In this document: piece after piece, positions 41,901 through 49,477 of the stretch | Layout of the letters: each line of letters starts with the position of its first letter | Numbering within the stretch: the stretch's first letter is position 1 | Assembly (NCBI GenBank): GCA_963769885.1 | Contig: CAVYNH010000006.1 | Span: 448,001-512,000, forward strand | Origin: Methanobacteriota archaeon | GTDB lineage: Archaea; Thermoplasmatota; E2; DHVEG-1 | DNA length: 64,000 bases | Direction of reading: 5' to 3' | Made by a program: the position numbers and the translations under genes | The notes under the pieces: generated by a model | What the model saw: only the letters and a program-made list of their open reading frames with translations | Databases searched by the model: none | What the model was told of the DNA's origin: nothing

Positions 41901-42372
41901 CGTAGTTGATCTTGCTCCAGTTGGCGTGGTAGAGGTAGGTGGGGAGGGCGTTGTCGTAGGTGGAGTAGAGGGTGGCTTGGTAGTTTTGTTGGAGGTTGAT
42001 GTAGTGGAAGTAGTCGCCGCACCAGCCGTTGTACCAGTGGTTGATGACGTCGTAGCCGCCGGGGACGTTGGAGAGGGTGGTGTTGAGGTAGGAGAGGGTG
42101 GTGCCGAGGCGTAGATAGATGGTGACCTGGGAGGAGGGGAGTTTAATGACGAGGGGGTAGGTGGTGAGGGGCCGCGGGGTTTGCTGGTGTGGGGGCGCCG
42201 GGGTGAAGAGAGCGGTGAGGGGGCCTTGGGGCGGCTGTGGGTTGCCGAGCCCTTCGGCGAACTGGGCTTGGATGGTTGGGATCAGGGCGGTGCTGAGGAA
42301 AAGGAGACTTAGAATTACGACTATGGTTTTCGTGAGTGGGTGTTTTGACATACCGGACGGTCCTCCCTTCAT
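38902..42372 (-). CDS. Large secreted adhesin: thioester-domain-like N-terminus, 11 InlB B-like repeats, C-terminal Ig-like domain
   Basis: Signal peptide; GWCGD...VQDAIW...VQRTLIEV; 11 x 72-aa repeats YTL..GxG....P....YxYGQxVxLTA.P..GWxFxxWxG..F. Confidence 0.85.
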   Translation of the reverse strand: MKGGPSGMSKHPLTKTIVVILSLLFLSTALIPTIQAQFAEGLGNPQPPQGPLTALFTPAPPHQQTPRPLTTYPLVIKLPSSQVTIYLRLGTTLSYLNTTLSNVPGGYDVINHWYNGWCGDYFHYINLQQNYQATLYSTYDNALPTYLYHANWSKINYVLNHRVGTSYQQVQDAIWYLLDCGNLGLNTQGWALVNAARGNGSFIPAPGQICAVLLGVSTTVQRTLIEVTVPARTLTLTCNGSGSITKTPNLASYVYGQLVNLTATASPGWTFDHWTGDATGNTTTTSLTMNGDKTATASFTQNHYTLTLTTNGNGSINKNPSQANYTYNQTVQLAAQPQPGWTFDHWTGDATGTTTSVNVTIIGNKAATAYFTQNQYTLSLATIGNGSIDNEPTLATYVYGQVIHLTAQPQPGWSFSYWTGDATGTTNPINITVTDNTTATAHFTQLHYTLALTAIGNGSLIKNPDYPSYLYSQVVHITAQPSLGWSFDHWTGDATGPSPTANITITHNSSATAHFTQDQYTLSVSTNGSGTIQISPQQTTYVYGQKVYLTAMADLGWTFNHWAGAANGTANPVNFTMAGHAAVTGYFTQNQYTLTLSVNGNGSILKNPSQSTYTYGQIVHLTAQPQAGWTFNHWSGNASGNALTVDVTITANAAVTAHFTQDQYTLSVTLAGSGTVTKNPSQATYVYGQVVRLTAQPTLGWSFGMWTGNATGTTNPVNVTMTGNKAVTAHFTQNQYTVTVSSVGSGTVTRTPNQSTYIYGQTVNLTAIPNPGWTFSFWSGNATGTANPVQITVTGNMAAAAHFTQNQYTLTTSVNGNGTITRLPNQSTYTYGQSVQLTAVAAAGWTFNHWSGNVTGTTNPVNITINGNKAVTAHFTQNQYTIAVSVNGSGTVTKDPEQTTYVYGQVVRLTAIPSPGWSFNYWGGDATGSVNPVEVTVNGNLAVTAYFTQIQYILSVSTVGSGTVVKNPEQATYTYGQTVQLTAQPAANWTFDHWSGNATGTTNPVTITISGNASVTAHFSMMDLWAPTVHIDQPIDAVYLLDRMLCPFTMPLFFHNLTVIVNATDNMSGVDHVEIFIDNVSKAVLTTPPYQYLWSEPKPMKHVLKAVATDKAGNSAVDSMLVWRWRMHPVIIGYFIVKAIMWHLYNGAHPVQTESS
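39310..41682 (-). repeat. Eleven tandem 216-bp (72-aa) intragenic repeats
   Basis: Counted from the translation; each repeat contains GWxFxxWxG (NW in the last) and ends near FTQ. Confidence 0.9.
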
Positions 42373-42430
42373 CGCATTGGGACAATAGGATGGAGACTTA
42401 TATACAAATCATTATATTAATATTTTATGC

Positions 42431-42456
42431 TATCTTATAAAAGTATCTTATAAAAG
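42431..42456. repeat. Perfect 13-bp tandem duplication TATCTTATAAAAG containing a TATA-like element
   Basis: Copies at 42431-42443 and 42444-42456. Confidence 0.8.
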
Positions 42457-42556
42457 GGGTTTCCTGATGGGCGAGGGGGCATACCGGGGTACCTAAAAGT
42501 GCAAAAGTCTTGATATTCAATAAAACTAATTCTTCAAATAGCCAATCCCTTTATAT

Positions 42557-42691
42557 GAGACTGTCAACTTAAGATTTTTCTATCTTCTAACAGTTCCACT
42601 ATCTGGTTGAGCATTCCCCTCCCTCTCTGTTGAAGTCAAAGATGGATGGGTCTGCTCAATTAATAGCCTATTTCCTTAAGTTGACACTCTC
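42557..42691. mobile_element. MITE-like element, 135 bp
   Basis: 17-bp terminal inverted repeats (GAGAcTGTCAACTTAAG, 1 mismatch) flanked by CCTTTATAT/CCTTTATAC direct repeats. No ORF. Confidence 0.75.
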
Positions 42692-42763
42692 CCTTTATAC
42701 AATAGAAACCTTTATAAATGGATTTTTTATTATTGTACTTTAATTATATTGGGGGAACAGAAA

Positions 42764-44029
42764 ATGAAACGTAAATTGATAACAATATTAATTTGTACGC
42801 TGATGTGCGCTACTGTAGCATCGGTAGCAGGGTCTATGAATAATAATGAGAGAGCTGTAAAAGCAATAGCAGACTCATCGTCTAATACTATCGTATGGTT
42901 ACAGCCTAGTGAAGTGCAAACAAAGACTGCCTCGTTATTCTGGCCACCAACATGGGTGCACTATGATGATGGTACCTCTGAGAACTCTCTAGGATTAACT
43001 GCTGGCGGGATTCTTACTGAGGCTATTAAATTAACACCTACGGAACTCACCGGCTTAAGCGGATCTTTTATTTGTATTAAGGTCATGCATGGATGTCCGC
43101 TCTATCCAGGTTGCCCGGCATCAGCCTACACCGCATGGTGTTGGGAAGGCGCTACTGCACCATCTAGTCCGTCTGCGGCTACAATTGTTAGCAGTGGTAC
43201 ATGCCCAGCAATAGACAACTATTATTACATCAACTTTACCGGTTTTCCATTCGATAACACTAAAACGTATTGGATCGGAGTAGATTGGACTCACGCTGCT
43301 GGTTCTTTTCCATGTGGCTTTGATACAGCCTCTTGTATTGTTGGTAAAAGCGATTGGCTTTGGTATTCCGGTGGTACATGGACGGAACTTACCACTATTG
43401 GTTACCCCGGAAACTGGAACCTTTGGGTGGGAGTAGGATCAGAAGGAAATCTGCCTCCAGTCACACCCGGTGCACCAGCCGGGCCGACAAGCGGTGTCAC
43501 AGGTGTATCGTACTCATTTACCGCAGCGACCTACGACCCTGACGGAGCCACTGTTTCTTATAAGTTCGATTATGGCGACGGTAGCTTTTCAGCATGGATT
43601 GGACCGTTAGCGAACAATGTTACCGCAACGGGATCGCATACCTATACTGCTGCTGGGAATTACAACGTCAAGGTGATAGCACAAGATAGCGCGGGCGCTA
43701 ACAGTAGCTGGTCTGCTGCACATGCCATCGCTATTACCCTGGCGCCAACCATCACGATCGCCATCAAGGGCGGCTTGGGCGTCACCGCGAATATCACCAA
43801 CAGTGGCGCAGCGGCCATCACCGCGAACTGGACGATCGACCTGAGCGGCGGCCTCATCATCCTCGGCAAGCACAAGGCAAACAGCCACAGCATCGCGGCC
43901 GGCGGCTCCTACAACGCCAAGGACTTCGTCCTCGGCTTCGGCTCGACCACGATCACCGCCACCGCCAACGGGGTCACGAAGACCGCGACCGCCAAGGTCA
44001 TCCTGATCTTCGTCACCGGAGTCGCCTAA
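42764..44029 (+). CDS. Secreted protein: low-GC Cys/Trp-rich domain + PKD + shared C-terminal domain
   Basis: MKRKLITILIC signal peptide; HYDDG; PKD motif FDYGDG; C-terminus nearly identical to that of the next gene. Confidence 0.85.
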   Translation: MKRKLITILICTLMCATVASVAGSMNNNERAVKAIADSSSNTIVWLQPSEVQTKTASLFWPPTWVHYDDGTSENSLGLTAGGILTEAIKLTPTELTGLSGSFICIKVMHGCPLYPGCPASAYTAWCWEGATAPSSPSAATIVSSGTCPAIDNYYYINFTGFPFDNTKTYWIGVDWTHAAGSFPCGFDTASCIVGKSDWLWYSGGTWTELTTIGYPGNWNLWVGVGSEGNLPPVTPGAPAGPTSGVTGVSYSFTAATYDPDGATVSYKFDYGDGSFSAWIGPLANNVTATGSHTYTAAGNYNVKVIAQDSAGANSSWSAAHAIAITLAPTITIAIKGGLGVTANITNSGAAAITANWTIDLSGGLIILGKHKANSHSIAAGGSYNAKDFVLGFGSTTITATANGVTKTATAKVILIFVTGVA

Positions 44030-44055
44030 GACTCCCCCCTTTTTTCTTTTTTTTT
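43756..44055 (+). repeat. Direct repeat copy 1 (C-terminal domain, stop codon and terminator)
   Basis: Matches 45528-45826 at offset 1772 with about 7 substitutions in the coding part. Confidence 0.95.
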
Positions 44056-44195
44056 CTCCTCCCAAGCACGCCAAGGTATCGATATTTTTTCCACTCTGTT
44101 CACGTGGAACTTCTCGCTTGTGTTTTGACTCGAGGAGGACGAAGGAGAGAACCGTGCCAAATGACCGCCTCATGGAAGACTCATCGATCCCTCCG

Positions 44196-44273
44196 CAATC
44201 ACCATCACCGCGGGGGGACAAACGAAGACCGCGAACGCCGTAACCCTGCTGGTCTTCATAGTAGTTTCTGCCT
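44196..44273 (+). pseudogene. Orphan relic of the shared C-terminal domain
   Basis: Reads ITITAGGQTKTANAVTLLVFIVVSA, versus ITATANGVTKTATAKVILIFVTGVA in the neighbours. Confidence 0.6.
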
Positions 44274-44547
44274 ATCATCCCTTTTCCTCTCTTTTTCACC
44301 GTCCTTTATTAACCTCGAGTACATCAACCTCTTGTATTTTGTCATAACCCCCTCTCTTTTCATCATTCGTGAAAGAAAAAGTGCCCCGACTCCTGTAAAC
44401 AACAGCTATAAGACCAAATACTCAGATATAATTAAACCGCAATCACAGTGAACAAGAGAAGAAAGAGTGGTTATGCATTCCGAAAGAAATATATACTAAT
44501 AACACAATTAAAAAATAGTACTCTCTTATAAAAGGAGGCAAAAAAAG

Positions 44548-45801
44548 ATGTTAGGCAAATCATTATTGAAAGCAGCTGTAGTCATCGCCATCGCTCTGGC
44601 CATGATCATGCCAGCCTCAGCAGCGATCACAAAAACCCGAACACCAACGACCACCCCCACGCCACACCCCGCCACCCGGGGAATCCTCCTCCAAGACGGC
44701 TTTGAAAGCTACGACGACTTCGCCATCGCCTTCCCGCCATGGACCAACATCGATACTGACGCACTACCGACCTACGGGATGACTGGATATACATGGACCA
44801 ACCAATTCTCACCGCAGGCGTACATGGTCTTCAACCCCGCAATGACGTCTCCCGCCATAACCCTCCCTGATTTACAGCCCCACGCCGGAGCCAAATTCGC
44901 CACCTGCTGGGCTGACGTCCCCTCCGGGTCTCAATACAATGACGACTGGCTCATCACCCAGCAACTCAGCGCCGGCACCTTCGGCTACGTCAGCTTCTAC
45001 GCCCGCTCCTACGTCTCAACCTACGGACTGGAACGGTTCGCCGTCGGCATCTCAACCACGAACACCCAACCCTCCAGCTTCACCATCATCTCACCCGGAA
45101 GCTACGTCGAAGCCCCCACAGCTTGGACCCTGTACAACTACTCGCTCTCCTCATACCACGGGAACATCTACGTCGGGTTCCACTGCGTCTCCCAGGACGC
45201 CTTCATCTTCATGCTCGATGATGTCACCGTCGCGGGAGAAGGCGGCGCAGACCTCATCCCACCCGTCACCACCTGCAACCTCACCGGAACCATCGAAGGA
45301 GACCACTATATCGGCGATGTCAAGGTGACCCTGTCGGCTACCGATGAAGGAGGATCCGGCGTCGCATTCACCATGGTCAAGGTCGACTCTGGGCTCTGGG
45401 GGAACTACACCGGGCCCTTCAACGTCACCGCTGACGGCGACCACACCGTCTACTACTACTCCGTTGACGGCGCCGGCAACCATGAGACCCCGAAGAGCAC
45501 CGACTTCAAGATCCAGCACCCGATCGTGATCGCCATCAAGGGCGGCCTCGGTGTCACCGCGACCATCACCAACAATGGCGCAGCGGCCATCACCGCGAAC
45601 TGGACGATCGACCTGAGCGGCGGCCTCATCATCCTCGGCAAGCACAAGGCAAACAGCCACAGCATCGCGGCCGGCGGCTCCTACAACGCCAAGGACTTCG
45701 TCCTCGGCTTCGGCTCGACCACGATCACCGCCACCGCCAACGGGGTCACGAAGACCGCGACCGGCAAGGTCATCCTGATCTTCGTCACCGGAGTCGCCTA
45801 A
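44548..45801 (+). CDS. Secreted choice-of-anchor J / cleaved-adhesin domain protein + Ig-like + shared C-terminal domain
   Basis: DGFESY, WTNIDTD, NDDWLIT, ERFAVGIST, YVGFHC, FMLDDV; PPVTT...YYSVDGAGNHE Ig domain; BRE/TATA at about 44481-44496; AGGAGG RBS. Confidence 0.85.
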   Translation: MLGKSLLKAAVVIAIALAMIMPASAAITKTRTPTTTPTPHPATRGILLQDGFESYDDFAIAFPPWTNIDTDALPTYGMTGYTWTNQFSPQAYMVFNPAMTSPAITLPDLQPHAGAKFATCWADVPSGSQYNDDWLITQQLSAGTFGYVSFYARSYVSTYGLERFAVGISTTNTQPSSFTIISPGSYVEAPTAWTLYNYSLSSYHGNIYVGFHCVSQDAFIFMLDDVTVAGEGGADLIPPVTTCNLTGTIEGDHYIGDVKVTLSATDEGGSGVAFTMVKVDSGLWGNYTGPFNVTADGDHTVYYYSVDGAGNHETPKSTDFKIQHPIVIAIKGGLGVTATITNNGAAAITANWTIDLSGGLIILGKHKANSHSIAAGGSYNAKDFVLGFGSTTITATANGVTKTATGKVILIFVTGVA

Positions 45802-45826
45802 GACTCCCCCCCTTTTTCTTTTTTTC
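45528..45826 (+). repeat. Direct repeat copy 2 (C-terminal domain, stop codon and terminator)
   Basis: Matches 43756-44055. Confidence 0.95.
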
Positions 45827-45907
45827 TTTTTCACTCCTCACAGGATAGCAGGCCCACTCGATGAATTTTTATAGGTACAACCCCGTTAAATATCTTCGGG
45901 GAAGACT

Positions 45908-47845
45908 ATGAATAAGCACGCTTTTACCACTGGAAGGCTACTCACCATCCTGGTACTATTGACCTGCGCCTCACTGCTCGCCTCGGCCGCCCCCCAAGTA
46001 CAACAGTCGCGGCCCCAGCCCGCAGGGCAACCCACCCTGCCCAGCCAATATGACCTTCGCAACGTCAACGGCACGAACTACGTCACCGGCATCCGCAACC
46101 AAGGGCAATACGGCACCTGCTGGACCCACGGCATCATGGCCTCCATGGAAGGCAACCTCCTTATAACCGGCAACTGGGCGGCCGCCGGGGAGACCGGCGA
46201 ACCGAACCTCGCCGAAGCCCACCTCGACTGGTGGAACGGATTCAACGACCAAAACAACGACGACGACCCGGGCGGACCCGGGATTGAGGTTCACGAAGGC
46301 GGCGACTACCGCGTCGGCACCGCGTACCTCACCAGAGGCGAAGGCGCCGTCCGCGAAATCGACGCCCCCTACTCCAATTTAGTAACCCAATGCGCTCGCA
46401 CGAGCCCCACATACCACTATTATATCCCCCACGACGTCGAATGGTACGTCGCCGGATCGAGCCTTAGCAACATCAACTCGATTAAACTCAGCCTCATATT
46501 GCACGGTGTTATCGGCACCTGCATCGACTACGCCAACTTCATGCAAAACTACATCCAGTACCAACCCCCGACCGACCCCAACCCACCTAACCATGCGGTC
46601 GCGATCGTCGGCTGGAACGACAACATGGTGACACAAGCCCCGCAAGGCCATGGGGCCTGGATCGCCAAGAACAGCTGGGGCAATTGGGGTCCCTATGGCG
46701 GGTACTTCTATATCTCTTACTACGACAAATGCTGCTGTCAAGACCCCCAGATGGGCGCTGTCTCGTTCCAGGGAGTCGATTTTATGAATCAGTCGACCAA
46801 GATTTACTACCATGATTATCATGGCTGGCGCGACACCTTCGCCGGCGCAACCGAGGTCTTTAACGCGTTTACCGCAACCCGGCAGGATGCGCTCCAGGCG
46901 GTCAGCTTCTTTACGGCGGCTGACAATGCTTCCTATACGGTAAAAATCTATAAGAGCTATGAGAGTGGGCAACTCCAAAACGAGGTCGCCTCAGAAAGCG
47001 GGATCTTTCCCTATCTTGGATTCCATACTGTGGATCTCAGCCATCCCATCGGACTCGCTGCAGGGTCGAACTTCTATGTCTACCTTTCCCTCTCCCCTGG
47101 CGGCATCCCCTTCGATCGCACCTCTGACGTGCCTGTGCTTCTTGGAGGCTCCTCTCGGACCGTTGTCCACTCGATCGCGCATCCTGGAGAAAGCTATTAC
47201 AAGAATGGCAACACATGGACTGATCTCTACGGCTACCACTTCTCAAACTCATCGTGGGATGGCACGGCGAACTTCTGTGTCAAAGCCATGACGAATAACG
47301 CTTCGGGAGACCTCTGGCCACCTGTGACGACCTGCTCGTTGAACGGTACCCTCCAGGGCGGTGTCTACCTCGGCGATGTACAAGTCAGCCTGCATGCCAC
47401 GGACAACCTGTCTGGCGTCGCACAGACCAATTACTCGCTCGACGGTGGCTCCTGGACAACCTACGTGGATTCATTCATCGTGGCTGAAAACGGACCCCAT
47501 GTCCTTCGGTTCTATTCGACGGATTATGCGGGGAACGTCGAACCTGTACAGACCGCCGAGTTCACGATTCAACCTTCGTTAACCATCACGGGTGGATTCG
47601 GCCTGAAAGTCACCGTCAAGAACGTCGGGTCTCTGAATTTGACAGATGTACCATGGAATGTCTCGATGAAGAAAGGATTGGTGTTGCTCGGTAGAAGTGG
47701 GCACATCAGCCTTGCGACAGGCGAGGAGACCACCGTCAGAAGCGTCGTCTTTGGATTGGGTCGTACGGACGTCACGTTCACGATCGGTCCTTGTGAAAAG
47801 ACCACAGCGGCGACCATCTTCCTCTTCTTCGTGATAACGGGGTAA
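45908..47845 (+). CDS. Secreted C1A (papain-family) peptidase + lectin-like + Ig-like + shared C-terminal domain
   Basis: LPSQYDLR, NQGQYGTCW, NHAVAIVGW, WIAKNSWG; IYYHDYHG..GESY..NFCVKA lectin-like domain. Confidence 0.9.
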   Translation: MNKHAFTTGRLLTILVLLTCASLLASAAPQVQQSRPQPAGQPTLPSQYDLRNVNGTNYVTGIRNQGQYGTCWTHGIMASMEGNLLITGNWAAAGETGEPNLAEAHLDWWNGFNDQNNDDDPGGPGIEVHEGGDYRVGTAYLTRGEGAVREIDAPYSNLVTQCARTSPTYHYYIPHDVEWYVAGSSLSNINSIKLSLILHGVIGTCIDYANFMQNYIQYQPPTDPNPPNHAVAIVGWNDNMVTQAPQGHGAWIAKNSWGNWGPYGGYFYISYYDKCCCQDPQMGAVSFQGVDFMNQSTKIYYHDYHGWRDTFAGATEVFNAFTATRQDALQAVSFFTAADNASYTVKIYKSYESGQLQNEVASESGIFPYLGFHTVDLSHPIGLAAGSNFYVYLSLSPGGIPFDRTSDVPVLLGGSSRTVVHSIAHPGESYYKNGNTWTDLYGYHFSNSSWDGTANFCVKAMTNNASGDLWPPVTTCSLNGTLQGGVYLGDVQVSLHATDNLSGVAQTNYSLDGGSWTTYVDSFIVAENGPHVLRFYSTDYAGNVEPVQTAEFTIQPSLTITGGFGLKVTVKNVGSLNLTDVPWNVSMKKGLVLLGRSGHISLATGEETTVRSVVFGLGRTDVTFTIGPCEKTTAATIFLFFVITG

Positions 47846-47865
47846 GGGCACCCAAGCGGACGGGG

Positions 47866-47915
47866 GGACAGGATGGTTTTTCCTGTCCTTTCTCCTTCTT
47901 TTCTTGTTTTTTTTT
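47866..47915 (+). terminator. Hairpin plus T-tract terminator
   Basis: GGACAGGA/TCCTGTCC stem followed by long T runs, after the peptidase stop codon. Confidence 0.65.
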
Positions 47916-47966
47916 CAGAGCCGAAAAAGGGAATGATATTTTACTGCCGATTGGACGCGGAAAGCC

Positions 47967-49079
47967 CTATGACACTGTCGTGGCTGTCCAGATGTCTATA
48001 GTGTCCTTTGAGAGGTTCGTGCCATCCGAGGCTAAGGCATCGAGGGCGTGGAGGCCTTTGCTGGCAGCTAGCGGCCAGTCGAAGGGTGGCTCGGTGTCGT
48101 TTTTCACCAAGGCTCCGTCAAGGTAGAAGGAGACGCTGGTCGCGTTGGTCGTAGTCACGGTGATGACGGCGTTTCCGAAGAATCGTGCGGCACCGCGTTC
48201 GATTGAGGGGAGTTTGCGGGCGATGGTGGGAAATCCGTGGCCGAAGAGGTAGGTCTTGAAGTTGAGGGGTGTGTCGAAGCTGATGGTGGGGGCGTTGGGT
48301 CTGAGGTTGCCGTAGACGTCGCCGAGGTACATGATGCCGGTCCCTGGTCCGTACCAGGAGGAGAAGATGTTGGCGGAGTAGCTGAGTCGGAACCAGCCGT
48401 CCTCGCCCCAGCGGGTCCCCCAGCTGTTTTTAAGGATCCAGCAGGAGTTGGCGTCGTCGTAGCCGACGAGGGCGACGACGTGGCCGCCGACGATTTGTCC
48501 AGAGCCGGGGGTGTAGACGCCGTGGCGGTAGTTGAAGAAGTCGTTGGGGAAGTGGATGCAGACGACGAGGGGGCCGTGGGTGATGAGGTTTTGTTTGATG
48601 GTGTCGATATCGTGGGCGATCCAGCCCCAGTCCGTGATTTTGACGGTGCGGTTCTGCCAGCCTGGGAGGCTTTGGTAGGTGAAGTCGGCGGGGCGGTGAG
48701 GGTCGGGGAAGCAGCCTTCGTCGGGGACGCCGTAGGTTTTGAGGTAGTTGGCGGCGTCTTGGAGGTTGACGTAGCCTTGGGCGATGGTGCCGCCGGCGTA
48801 GAAGTAGATGTGGGCTTCGGAGAGGTCGGAGATGGTCTGTGCGTGGAGGGCGTAGCGGACTTTGGTTTCGAGGGCGGCGCAGATGGCGTAGCCTTCGCAG
48901 GTGGGGGCGGGGGATTGGTCTTTGATGGGGGTGGTGTAGTCGGTGCCGTTGATGTCTCTCCAAGAGAACGAGGAGGGGAATGTGGGGGTTGCAGTGCCGG
49001 TGGGGGTGGGGAGGATAGGAATGGTGGTGAGGAGGACGAGGGCGATGGCGGTGGTGAGGAGGGTGCGAGGGGCGGACAT
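47967..49079 (-). CDS. Secreted C1A peptidase with C-terminal Ig-like domain
   Basis: FPSSFSWR, TPIKDQSPAPTC, LSEAH, GGHVVALVGY, WILKNSWG. Confidence 0.88.
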   Translation of the reverse strand: MSAPRTLLTTAIALVLLTTIPILPTPTGTATPTFPSSFSWRDINGTDYTTPIKDQSPAPTCEGYAICAALETKVRYALHAQTISDLSEAHIYFYAGGTIAQGYVNLQDAANYLKTYGVPDEGCFPDPHRPADFTYQSLPGWQNRTVKITDWGWIAHDIDTIKQNLITHGPLVVCIHFPNDFFNYRHGVYTPGSGQIVGGHVVALVGYDDANSCWILKNSWGTRWGEDGWFRLSYSANIFSSWYGPGTGIMYLGDVYGNLRPNAPTISFDTPLNFKTYLFGHGFPTIARKLPSIERGAARFFGNAVITVTTTNATSVSFYLDGALVKNDTEPPFDWPLAASKGLHALDALASDGTNLSKDTIDIWTATTVS

Positions 49080-49477
49080 GGGGTTACTATTATCTGGTGG
49101 TGTTTTTATATTTGTCTATGGGTTTTTGAGTTGATTTGTATGTACTCTTTTTAAGATTCTTGGCTTGGTCCTGTGGTGGTATGAGGATTGTCCCTGATAC
49201 GAATGTGATTTTTGATGGGAGGATCAGGGGGAAGCTTGAGGAGGGGGAGTTGGGATACTTCTGAGGCGTTGTTTGCTGAGGCGATGTTGTCTGAGTTGGG
49301 GGCTCTGGCGACTGCGGGGTAGATGTCGAGGGTGCCTTCCCATTCAGCTTCGCACTGTTGGTATTGGGGCAATGAGGATTCTTTCGTGATTGGTTCTTAA
49401 TAAACATCGTGTGCAATCATGAGGAAGGAAGAAAGAGAAGAGGGGGGCAGGGGTGAATCCTGCCAGGTTATTCTGTG

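Noticed and set aside
49151-49416. Small minus-strand ORFs between the C1A and Omp28-like genes
   Set aside because: No motif or clear start; skewed composition readily produces open frames.
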